A model generated the notes under the pieces. It made no database searches, was not told the DNA's origin, and saw nothing but the letters and a program-made list of their open reading frames with translations. Below are positions 6,553 to 14,235 of a stretch of DNA of 21,401 nt, one piece after another. The stretch spans positions 1-21,401 of the forward strand of contig CAZEVY010000094.1 in the NCBI GenBank assembly GCA_964515555.1, written 5' to 3'. The translations under genes and the position numbers were made by a program. This DNA is from an uncultured Solibacteraceae bacterium. GTDB lineage: Bacteria > Acidobacteriota > Terriglobia > Bryobacterales > Bryobacteraceae. Within the stretch, counting starts at the first letter, position 1. Each line of letters opens with the position of its first letter.

Positions 6553-9432
6553 CTATTGGAGGGCCGACAGCTCGGTCCTCGCCTTGGCGATCAGGCCGAG
6601 ATCCGGATCCGCCTCTTTCCACCACTCCAGCAGCTCGCTGTACTGCCGATTCGCCTTGGCGGCGTCGCCTGCCATCGCCAGCGATCGCGCCAGTTGCAGG
6701 CGGGCGACGACGATAATCGGATCGGGACCGTTGAAGCCGGTCCGGGAGACGATGGACTGAAACTCCGCGGCGGCATCCGCGCCGCGGCGCAGGGCGAGAT
6801 TCGCGAGTCCGCGAACATACGTCGGCAGCATGTGGCCGTAGTCGGAATCGAAGGCGAGCCCGGGGAGATACAGTTCCGTGGATCGAGCCGGCTTCAGAAT
6901 TTCGAGCGCCCGGGCGGCCTGCCCGTTCCGCAGGGCGGCGAGGCCGCGCAGCACCGGCAGGTAGGTGGCCTGCACGGAGGTGTCCTCGGGATACCGTTGA
7001 TCCAGACTCATGGCGACGCTTTCCGTCCGGCTGACGTCTCCGGCGAGCGCGGCCGGGAGCGCCAGAGCGAACTCCAGGTCGCGGCCCGATTGCGCCAGAC
7101 GCCGGGCGTCGTCGAGACGGAGCCTCACTTCGGCCGGCCTGTCGAACAGCGCCAGCACATATGCCATCGCGGCGGCGAAGGTGGCGGCCCGTTCGGATCG
7201 GTCCGATTGCGCCGCCAGATCGGATGCGCGCCGCATGCGTTCGGATGCCAGGCGCAACTGCCCTCGAGAGGCCGCGGCCAATCCGTCGATCAGCGTCAGC
7301 GAATCCTCCCATCCGCTCTTGCCTCGGCTCTTCTCCAACTCGCGTTGCATCGCGGCGCGATCGCCTCTTAGGAATGCCAGACGGTAGCGCGCCACCCCGA
7401 GTTCCAGTCCATCCAGCCCATGCGCCTCGGCCTCCCGAAGCGTTTGAACGGCTTCGTCGAAGCGATTCAAATTCATTAAGGCGCTGGCGCGGGTAGCGTA
7501 CGGATAGATGCCCTTGGGGTTGAGTTGAGTCGACCGCCGGGATGCTTCAATCGCCAACTCAAACCGCGCCGTTCCCATGCTGGAGAATCCCGAAGTCAGC
7601 CCGGCGGCGAGCGAGTCGTCCGGGTAACGCTGAAACCACGCCTGGACCGCAGCGAGGGACTTTTCCAGATTGCCCCTGACCTGGCGTTCGTAAAGGAACG
7701 TGGTGTACAAGCGCTCGGGTTCGGTCATCCGATCGCGGAGCCCGTAGGCTTTGATGGTGGCCGCACGCGCCTGCCCGGCCTGCGCGACGCCGCTGTATCG
7801 AAGAGACACCTTGGCGTAAGCCATTCCGAATTCGGGATCGAGTTCGATCGCCCTCTGATAGAGCGGAATGGCAGAAGGGCCGGCATCGGTGTCTCCCTGA
7901 GTCGCCTGCGCGTAGACTTTGAGCGCCTGGAGCGAACGGGTGGTAACTTCCGGCAGAGGCCGCGGACGAGTCCCGGGAATCCGCGCCGATTCCACCAGTC
8001 CGCGGCTCAATTGCTTCGCCAGATCTCCGAACGCCGCCAGAACCTTCTCTTTTTCCGGGGCCTCCGTCTGATGTTCGGCTAATGTTCCTCCGGTGGCGCA
8101 GTTGAGCGCCTTCAGACCCAGCACGTAGGCGCTGCCCAGCCTCGCGATCGACCCGTTCACCACGGCCATACCGCCCAGACGTTCGCACACCTCGCGCGCC
8201 AGCTCCGGCGTCGGCGGTCTCTCCTCGGTCCGGCGCATCAGTTGCAGCATGAACCGGATCCGCGCGTCCGGGGCCACGTCCGCCGGCTTCGCTTCCGACA
8301 TGTGGACCAACAGCCGCTGGCGAAGCAGCTCGTCGAAAGTCGTGTCGCCGCTGGTATTGGTGAAACTCCCGACGACGAAAACAGGCCTCTCGACGGGCGC
8401 CGTGGGCGCGATCCGGAAACGGTAGGCGACTCCCGCGCCGATCAAGGCAAGCGCGGCTGCGCACAAGCCAACCCACCCGCGTCGCGACCGCCAGGCCGAT
8501 CGTTTCGGCACAAGGGCCGATCCGGCGAGCGTCGACGCCGTTGCCGGCTTCCCCGGATCCAGCTCTTCCAGGGCCGCCTGCACTTCGCCCATCTCCGCAT
8601 AACGATCGTCGCGATTCTTCTCCAGGCATCTGGCGACGATGGCGTCCAGGGCGTTGGGCAGCGACGGGTTCAGCTTGGTCGGCACGGGGGGCGTTTGGTG
8701 CAGGACCCCGCCGAGGATTTCCGCGGTCGTGGATCCCGGAAATGCACGGCGGCCGGTCGCCATCTCGAACAGCAGAACGCCAAACGAGAAGATGTCGGTG
8801 CGCGTGTCGATCTCTTCGCCGCGCACCTGCTCGGGGCTCATATACGGAGCGGTACCGACCACCAGACCCGTACCGGTGAAACCCGTATCGTCGGCCGCTT
8901 GCTGGCTGACCTGCTTGGCAAGTCCGAAATCCAGTACGCGGGCATCGCCGCGCCGGTTAACCAGGGCGTTGGCAGGTTTGATGTCGCGATGAATGATGCC
9001 GGCGGAGTGAGCGGCGGCCAAGGCGTCGACGATCTGGATCGCGAGCTTGCGAAGCTGCGGGACCGGCAGCGGCCCGCGCGCGATCAAGTCCTTGAGGGTC
9101 TCGCCTTCGAGGTACTCCATCACGATGAAGGAGCGGCCGTTCGATTCCCCGATATCGTATATGGCGCAAATATGCGGATGGTTCAGCGCCGACAGAGCAC
9201 GCGCCTCGCGCTGAAAGCGGGCGTCGAATTGCGCATGAGAAATCTTGATGGCCACTTTGCGGCCCAGACGGGTATCCTCGGCCAGAAACACCTGGCCCAT
9301 GCCACCCTGTCCAATCGGAGAAAGAAGCTGATAGGGGCCGAGGCGTTCCCCGCCGGTTGCCAGGCTAAGAGTCTTGTCGGCGTCGGCGGTGCCGTCCGGG
9401 TTCACGGTATGCGTCCTGCGCGAACATACCAA
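6553..9432 (-). CDS. Hanks-type Ser/Thr protein kinase with one transmembrane segment and a large C-terminal TPR-like, probably periplasmic, domain
   Basis: The N-terminus has IGQGGMGQVF, VAIK and HRDIKPANALV, followed by DFG and SPE. A transmembrane helix WVGLCAAALALIGAGVAYRF follows. About 600 aa of TPR-like helical repeats then run to the C-terminus. The annotated start is a TTG from the ORF track. The true start may be an internal GTG. Confidence 0.85.
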   Translation of the reverse strand: MVCSRRTHTVNPDGTADADKTLSLATGGERLGPYQLLSPIGQGGMGQVFLAEDTRLGRKVAIKISHAQFDARFQREARALSALNHPHICAIYDIGESNGRSFIVMEYLEGETLKDLIARGPLPVPQLRKLAIQIVDALAAAHSAGIIHRDIKPANALVNRRGDARVLDFGLAKQVSQQAADDTGFTGTGLVVGTAPYMSPEQVRGEEIDTRTDIFSFGVLLFEMATGRRAFPGSTTAEILGGVLHQTPPVPTKLNPSLPNALDAIVARCLEKNRDDRYAEMGEVQAALEELDPGKPATASTLAGSALVPKRSAWRSRRGWVGLCAAALALIGAGVAYRFRIAPTAPVERPVFVVGSFTNTSGDTTFDELLRQRLLVHMSEAKPADVAPDARIRFMLQLMRRTEERPPTPELAREVCERLGGMAVVNGSIARLGSAYVLGLKALNCATGGTLAEHQTEAPEKEKVLAAFGDLAKQLSRGLVESARIPGTRPRPLPEVTTRSLQALKVYAQATQGDTDAGPSAIPLYQRAIELDPEFGMAYAKVSLRYSGVAQAGQARAATIKAYGLRDRMTEPERLYTTFLYERQVRGNLEKSLAAVQAWFQRYPDDSLAAGLTSGFSSMGTARFELAIEASRRSTQLNPKGIYPYATRASALMNLNRFDEAVQTLREAEAHGLDGLELGVARYRLAFLRGDRAAMQRELEKSRGKSGWEDSLTLIDGLAAASRGQLRLASERMRRASDLAAQSDRSERAATFAAAMAYVLALFDRPAEVRLRLDDARRLAQSGRDLEFALALPAALAGDVSRTESVAMSLDQRYPEDTSVQATYLPVLRGLAALRNGQAARALEILKPARSTELYLPGLAFDSDYGHMLPTYVRGLANLALRRGADAAAEFQSIVSRTGFNGPDPIIVVARLQLARSLAMAGDAAKANRQYSELLEWWKEADPDLGLIAKARTELSALQ

Positions 9433-9637
9433 TTGTAGCCCTGCATAGCTGGAGTCAGGGGGTAATGGCGCTACGTGGTTACGGCCAGGTCGATCGGGTG
9501 GAAGCCTTCGGGCAGGTAGAGGCAGCCGCGCTGGAGCGGGTCGTCGTAGCGGGTGACGGTCCAGTCGAAGCCGAGCGAAGGCCTGTCAGCCCGTGGCGAA
9601 GACCGCTCCGTTGCGGTCGCGGCGCCGATTCGAGAGA

Positions 9638-9659
9638 GCCGCGCGCGTCGGCACGCGGC
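9638..9659. terminator. 9-bp GC hairpin with a 4-nt loop, 34 nt downstream of the small peptide gene stop
   Basis: GCCGCGCGC-GTCG-GCACGCGGC. A CCTTTTGG tract follows on the plus strand. An A-rich tract precedes it and a TCTCTC tract follows it on the minus strand. Confidence 0.35.
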
Positions 9660-9693
9660 CCTTTTGGACTTTCGCCATTGGGCGGCCGGACGG

Positions 9694-9990
9694 TCAGCAG
9701 CAGCCGGAGCCGCAGCAGCCCGCCGGCGCGTCGAGGCCGGTGTTCTCCGCCTCGGCGGCGGCCAACTTCGCGGACTGCTCCGCCTGCGGCGAACGGCGGC
9801 CGTACTTGGCCTGGAACCGTGCCTCCGCGCCGTTGTCGTTCGACGGCGCCGGCGCCGTCCGGGACCCGGCGGCATTCACCGTCGAGCTGCGGCCGTACTT
9901 CGCCTGAAACAGCGCCTGCGCGCCGTGGTCGCTCGCCGAGGCCAGCGACATCGCGCCAGCCGCCAGAATCAGTAACATCGTTTTTCTCAT
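9694..9990 (-). CDS. small secreted peptide (98 aa) with two internal repeats and a Cys-rich C-terminus GCCGSGCC
   Basis: A strong SD (GAAGGAG) sits 8 nt before the ATG. The signal peptide is MRKTMLLILAAGAMSLASA. Two repeats are present: DHGAQALFQAKYGRSS and NDNGAEARFQAKYGRRS. The C-terminal residues are C-C-G-S-G-C-C. Third-position GC is high. Confidence 0.6.
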   Translation of the reverse strand: MRKTMLLILAAGAMSLASASDHGAQALFQAKYGRSSTVNAAGSRTAPAPSNDNGAEARFQAKYGRRSPQAEQSAKLAAAEAENTGLDAPAGCCGSGCC

Positions 9991-10093
9991 TTTCGTTGCT
10001 CCTTCAAAGAGTTCCCGCGAATCTCCGCGGGCCGCCCCCATTCGGGCGGTGGCCGGAACCCGCCAACGCCACCGTTGGCATGACCGGCTGGAG

Positions 10094-10411
10094 CTAGATC
10101 AGGAGTGCGTGAATCTTCAGGTACAGGCGATGGGGCGGCGCCTCGAGGACCGGCGCGGCGAGACTGGATGTCATCAACACCGGCGCGGCCGCCGTCGGGG
10201 TGTGGACTCCTGCGTCCACTGCCTGCTTGCCCACGTGCCACACGGCCGGCGTTGAGCCGGACCCGCATGGTCCGATCGTGCAATCGGTTGCCGACGATGT
10301 CGTAGGAATCGGGCAGCAGTCGTGGCAGGCGGCGGGGATGGAAAGGGTGACCAGGGCGAGGAGCGCCAGGGTCGCCGGAAGGACCGCCCGAAGTCGCATA
10401 CGCCGTTTCAC
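10094..10411 (-). CDS. putative small secreted Cys-rich protein (105 aa). Alternative ATG start at 10399
   Basis: The signal-like N-terminus is MKRRMRLRAVLPATLALLALVTLSIPAAC. The mature part begins CHDCCPIP...DCTIGPCGSGST. A CGSG motif is shared with the adjacent peptide. An AGGAAA sits 10 nt before the GTG. Codon bias is moderate, so coding status is uncertain. Confidence 0.4.
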   Translation of the reverse strand: MKRRMRLRAVLPATLALLALVTLSIPAACHDCCPIPTTSSATDCTIGPCGSGSTPAVWHVGKQAVDAGVHTPTAAAPVLMTSSLAAPVLEAPPHRLYLKIHALLI

Positions 10412-10508
10412 CAGCAGGTTTCCTGCCAGGTTAGACGGCGTGCATCCTTTTACGTTTCGACAGTCCGGTTCCCGTGAACCGGGTGAAAAGACCCACCGCG
10501 CGATGGGC

Positions 10509-11381
10509 TCACCCAGCGCGCCGCTTCGCCTTCCAACTGTCGATGAACGTGGCCGCCACCTGCCGGCCCCGCGCGATCGCCTCGCCGTAGGCCAGCCGCC
10601 GCTCCTCGCGCGTCAACCCATAGCCGACGCGATAGAGCCGCTCCAGCGACAGCCCCGCGACGTAGGTGCCCGCGAAGGCGATCGCGGCCTTGGGAATCAC
10701 GCCGGCGCCGAATGGAATCTTGCCGGCCAGCTCGCGCGCCATGGTCCGCCATCCAAAGGCGCCCGCAATAATCCCCGCGATCTCCTTCTTCTGCTCGCGA
10801 TAGCCGACCGGCCGGTCGCTCGCCGCCGCCAGCAGGAACGCCATGCGGACCTGGTTCACCGTCAGCACCGCGGTGTCGGAGGCGGCTTCCGGCAGCGTCC
10901 ACGGCAGTGTCAGGCCCGGCGCCAGGTTGGGCAGCGCCGTGGCAATGGCGAACATGGCGTTCTCGCGCGCGATCGTCAGCATGACTTTGCCCGTCACGCC
11001 CGGGCGGAACGCCGGGAACATGCGCGCCAGCGCCAGCCCCTGGTCCTCCCGCTCGCGGAGGATCTCCTCGACCGCGAGCCCGGGCTGCGCTCTCAGGAAC
11101 ACGAAGCAACCGTCGGGCCGCGGCAGCCCTTCCTCGTAGATCTCGACGTCGCACTCCTCCGGCGCGCCCGGGTCGCCCTCCCGGAACAGCGCCCCGAAGA
11201 TCTCCTCGCGCTTCTTGCGCGAGATGGTCGCCGGCGCCAGAAAATCCTCCATGGCCGCGTAGCTTCGGCTGGTCGACGCCACCAGGCGCACACGCACCAG
11301 CCGCTCGGCGGAGTTGCGGACGTCTTGGGGATTCAGGTCCGAGATCGCATCGCGGACTTGCTGGAGGATTCGCGTTGCCAT
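10509..11381 (-). CDS. hypothetical protein with a C-terminal glycine-zipper region, possibly EcsC-like
   Basis: The 290 aa product has good GC3 codon bias. The C-terminal stretch is EIAGIIAGAFGW...GKIPFGAGVIPKAAIAFAGTYVAGLSLERLY. I cannot confidently assign a named family. Confidence 0.55.
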   Translation of the reverse strand: MATRILQQVRDAISDLNPQDVRNSAERLVRVRLVASTSRSYAAMEDFLAPATISRKKREEIFGALFREGDPGAPEECDVEIYEEGLPRPDGCFVFLRAQPGLAVEEILREREDQGLALARMFPAFRPGVTGKVMLTIARENAMFAIATALPNLAPGLTLPWTLPEAASDTAVLTVNQVRMAFLLAAASDRPVGYREQKKEIAGIIAGAFGWRTMARELAGKIPFGAGVIPKAAIAFAGTYVAGLSLERLYRVGYGLTREERRLAYGEAIARGRQVAATFIDSWKAKRRAG

Positions 11382-11499
11382 TTTCGGCGCGCCATCGTCA
11401 TTCTACAGGACGCGGCCCCATCCCGGCGTTCGCCGGTAACCCGCCGCCGTCCGCCGATTCGTGGTTTTCCGAAGGCCGGAGCCGCCCCAGAATCAAACC

Positions 11500-11703
11500 A
11501 TGACGAACGACAAGACGCGAACCAACGCCAACGGAGACGTCGAAACCGCCCTGAGCATGATCGTCATCGGCGCCGCGCTCCTGCTGCACCAGACCGGACT
11601 GCTCCCGCTGAGCGAACTGGTCCAGTTGTGGCCGCTGGTGCCGATCGCGGTGGGACTCAAGATGCTGCTCGCCCCGGTGCAACCGGAGGGAGAGCGCTCG
11701 TGA
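11500..11703 (+). CDS. small membrane protein, DUF5668-like (LiaF N-terminal transmembrane-hairpin type)
   Basis: The 67 aa product contains ALLLHQTGLLPLSELVQLWPLVPIAVGLKMLL, matching the LLGxxLLL...WPLxLIxxGxxLL pattern. Its TGA stop overlaps the next gene start as GTGA. Confidence 0.55.
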   Translation: MTNDKTRTNANGDVETALSMIVIGAALLLHQTGLLPLSELVQLWPLVPIAVGLKMLLAPVQPEGERS

Positions 11704-12386
11704 AGCACCGTAGCGCGTCGCTGATGACGCCGGGCTTCCTGTTCGGCGCCGTCGTTCTCCTGGTGGGCGTGTTTCTGCTGTTCCGCAACCTGGGCGTGAT
11801 CCCGCACCTCGACGACGACGTCATCCCGCCGGCCATCGTCATCGCCTTCGGCGCCGCCAACATGTTCAGCGGCTCGCTCTCCAAGCGCGCGATCGCCGCG
11901 GTGGTCGCCGTCGGCGGTCTCTATTGGTTCCTCGATCGACTCGGAATGATGCCGTATCGGTTCTCGCGGATCTGGCCGGTGTTCCTGATCCTGGCGGGAC
12001 TGCTGTTCCTTTGGCGCGCGCTCGAGAATCGCGCCGGCGGCGCGGCGTCGACCGTGGCGTCGCTCAACGAATTCGCCATGTTCGGCGGTGTCGGACGGAA
12101 GATCAGCTCGACGGATTTTCAAGGCGGGCAGGTGTTCGCGATTTTCGGAGGCCACGAGATCGACCTCACGCCGGCGAAGATGCAAGGCCCGGCGGTCATC
12201 GACTGCAACGTGATTTTCGGCGGTGTCGACATCAAGATTCCCGCCGAGTGGAGCGTGAGCGTCGAGGGCATTGCGATTTTCGGCGGATACGAGGACTCCA
12301 CCGTGCAGCCGAAGGCGGAGACATCGCCCCCGGTGCTGGTGGTGCGCGGATTCGCCATCTTCGGCGGCGTGGAAGTGAAAAACTAG
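11700..12386 (+). CDS. LiaF-like membrane protein: N-terminal transmembrane hairpins plus a C-terminal toastrack (DUF2154/DUF4097-like) domain
   Basis: The GTG start overlaps the upstream stop. Two more DUF5668-like hairpins are present (LLVGVFLLFRNLGVIP and IWPVFLILAGLLFLWRAL). Five xxIFGG beta-repeats follow: FAMFGGVGRKI, FAIFGGHEIDL, VIFGGVDIKIP, IAIFGGYED and FAIFGGVEVKN. Confidence 0.75.
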   Translation: MKHRSASLMTPGFLFGAVVLLVGVFLLFRNLGVIPHLDDDVIPPAIVIAFGAANMFSGSLSKRAIAAVVAVGGLYWFLDRLGMMPYRFSRIWPVFLILAGLLFLWRALENRAGGAASTVASLNEFAMFGGVGRKISSTDFQGGQVFAIFGGHEIDLTPAKMQGPAVIDCNVIFGGVDIKIPAEWSVSVEGIAIFGGYEDSTVQPKAETSPPVLVVRGFAIFGGVEVKN

Positions 12387-12392
12387 TAGGTC

Positions 12393-13463
12393 ATGATTCC
12401 GCTCTTCGCGAACAGGAAGCGGATGGGGCTCTACTTCGCCGCCTGGACCCCGGTCGCCGGGCTCCTCGTGGTGCTGTTCGCGCGCTCCGGCGGCCTGGAA
12501 TGGACGGCCGGGCTGGCGTTGTTCCTGCCGCTGGTCGCCGACCTGGCCGCGTCGACGCTTTCGATGGGACGGCTCTGCCGGACCTTCCCGCTGCACGGCA
12601 CGCCGCCGGCCAAAGTGCTGGCCGCGTGCCTGGCGAGCGGCCTCGCCTTCGGCCTGCTGTGGATGCTGGCGGCCAAGCTCCTGGCGCTGCTCTACGAAGT
12701 CCTGGGGCTGTTTCCCGGCCTTGCCGCGTGGGTCGACTTCCGGCTGGCGCTGCTGTTCGGGATCGCATTCCTTCTGAGCCTCGTCGCGATCGCGGTGCAC
12801 TACGCGCTCTACGAGCACAATGCGCTGGCCGAGGCGAAGAATCGGGAGGTGGAGGCGATGGTGGTGGCGCGCGAGGCCGAGCTGCGGGCGCTGCGCGCGC
12901 AGGTGAATCCGCACTTCCTGTTCAACACCCTGAACTCGATCAGCGCGCTGATCGGCGCCGACGCCGAGCGGGCGCGCCGCATGTGCGCCCTGCTGGCCGA
13001 CTTTCTGCGCAGCACGCTCAGCCTCGGCGAGAAGCTCAACATTCCGCTCTCGGAGGAAGTCGCGCTGGCGCGGAATTACCTGGCCGTCGAGAAGGTCCGA
13101 TTCGGTTCGCGCCTGGAAGTGGTGGAGGAGATCGAGCCCGACTGTCTCGCGATCCCGGTGCCGCCGCTGCTGTTCCAGCCGCTGGTGGAGAACGCCGTCA
13201 AGCACGGAATCGCGACGCTGCTCGACGGCGGCGTGATCCGGATCGAGGCGCGGCGGTCGCCGCGCTTTCTGCGCGTGGTGGTGGAGAACGGATTCGACGC
13301 GGAGGCCCCCGCGCGGCCGCAGGGCGGAATGGGCCTGGCGAACGTGCGGGCCCGCATCGCCGCGCGCTACGGCGACGACGGGCGGCTCGACGCCGGCCGC
13401 AGGGGCGATCTGTTCCGCGCCGAAGTGCTGCTTCCGGCGGCGGGCGGGCTGGGGACATCGTGA
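12393..13463 (+). CDS. sensor histidine kinase, LytS/YehU type (membrane domain, His_kinase and HATPase_c)
   Basis: About five or six N-terminal transmembrane helices are present. The phospho-acceptor box is ELRALRAQVNPHFLFNTLNSI. The C-terminal ATPase motifs are VENAVKHG and GGMGLANV. Confidence 0.85.
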   Translation: MIPLFANRKRMGLYFAAWTPVAGLLVVLFARSGGLEWTAGLALFLPLVADLAASTLSMGRLCRTFPLHGTPPAKVLAACLASGLAFGLLWMLAAKLLALLYEVLGLFPGLAAWVDFRLALLFGIAFLLSLVAIAVHYALYEHNALAEAKNREVEAMVVAREAELRALRAQVNPHFLFNTLNSISALIGADAERARRMCALLADFLRSTLSLGEKLNIPLSEEVALARNYLAVEKVRFGSRLEVVEEIEPDCLAIPVPPLLFQPLVENAVKHGIATLLDGGVIRIEARRSPRFLRVVVENGFDAEAPARPQGGMGLANVRARIAARYGDDGRLDAGRRGDLFRAEVLLPAAGGLGTS

Positions 13464-14197
13464 CGCGGACCGCAATCATCGTCGACGACGAGGAACTGGC
13501 GCGCGGATTGGTCCGCGAGTACCTGGCGCGTCACCCGGAGATTTGCGTTGTGGCCGAGTGCGCCAACGGGTTCGAGGCCGTCAAGGCGATCGGCGAGCAC
13601 AAACCGGACATCGTGTTCCTCGACGTGCAGATGCCGAAGCTGGACGGCTTCGAGGTGCTGGAGCTGGCCGGGCACGCGCCCGCCGTCGTCTTCGTGACGG
13701 CTTACGACACCTACGCCATGCGCGCCTTCGAGGTGCACGCGGTCGACTACCTGTTGAAGCCCTACACCGCCGAGCGTTTCGACAACGCGCTGGATCGGGC
13801 GATGGCGCGTCTCGGCCAGCCTGCGCCGGTCGTGGAGCTGGCGGCATCGGCGCGCGGCGGGGAGTTCGCCGAGCGCATCGTGGTGAAGGACGGCGCGCGC
13901 GTGCACGTGATTCCGGTGGCGCGGCTGGACTACGCCGAGGCGCAGGACGATTACGTCGCACTGCACGCCGAGGGCAAGCGCCACCTGAAGCAGCAGACCA
14001 TCGCGCAACTCGAGGCGTCGCTCGACCCGTCGCGCTTCGTGCGCGTGCACCGGTCGTACGTGGTGAACCTGGAGCGCGTCGACCGCATCGAACCGTACAG
14101 CAAGGACAGCCGCGTCGCGGTGCTGTCGACGGGCGTGAAGCTGCCGGTCAGCCGGTCGGGCTACGCGCGGTTGCAGGAGCTGCTGGGGGGACGATAG
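13460..14197 (+). CDS. LytTR-family response regulator
   Basis: The GTG start overlaps the kinase stop as GTGA. The receiver domain carries DD...FLDVQMPKLDG. The C-terminal LytTR DNA-binding domain carries HVIPVARLDYAEAQDDYVALHAEGKRHL...VHRSYVVNL. Confidence 0.9.
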   Translation: MTRTAIIVDDEELARGLVREYLARHPEICVVAECANGFEAVKAIGEHKPDIVFLDVQMPKLDGFEVLELAGHAPAVVFVTAYDTYAMRAFEVHAVDYLLKPYTAERFDNALDRAMARLGQPAPVVELAASARGGEFAERIVVKDGARVHVIPVARLDYAEAQDDYVALHAEGKRHLKQQTIAQLEASLDPSRFVRVHRSYVVNLERVDRIEPYSKDSRVAVLSTGVKLPVSRSGYARLQELLGGR

Positions 14198-14235
14198 GCC
14201 GGGTCAGCCGACTCCCGGCGCCAGAACGACGACAC

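Noticed and set aside
6398-9438. Several 100-400-aa ORFs in other frames across the kinase gene (6398..7312 -, 6556..7371 +, 7559..8629 -, 8242..9438 +)
   Set aside because: The frame at 6553..9432 contains the complete Hanks kinase motif set and TPR repeats. The other frames are compositional artefacts.
10200-11699. N-terminal 500 aa of the 728-aa ORF at 10200..12386
   Set aside because: This portion is the antisense of the gene at 10509-11381 and is Arg-rich nonsense. Only the C-terminal 229 aa, from the GTG at 11700, has domain content (toastrack and transmembrane hairpins).
11493-13475. 660-aa minus-strand ORF
   Set aside because: It is antisense to the toastrack and histidine kinase genes. 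It has no motifs and a His/Arg/Asp-rich low-complexity translation.
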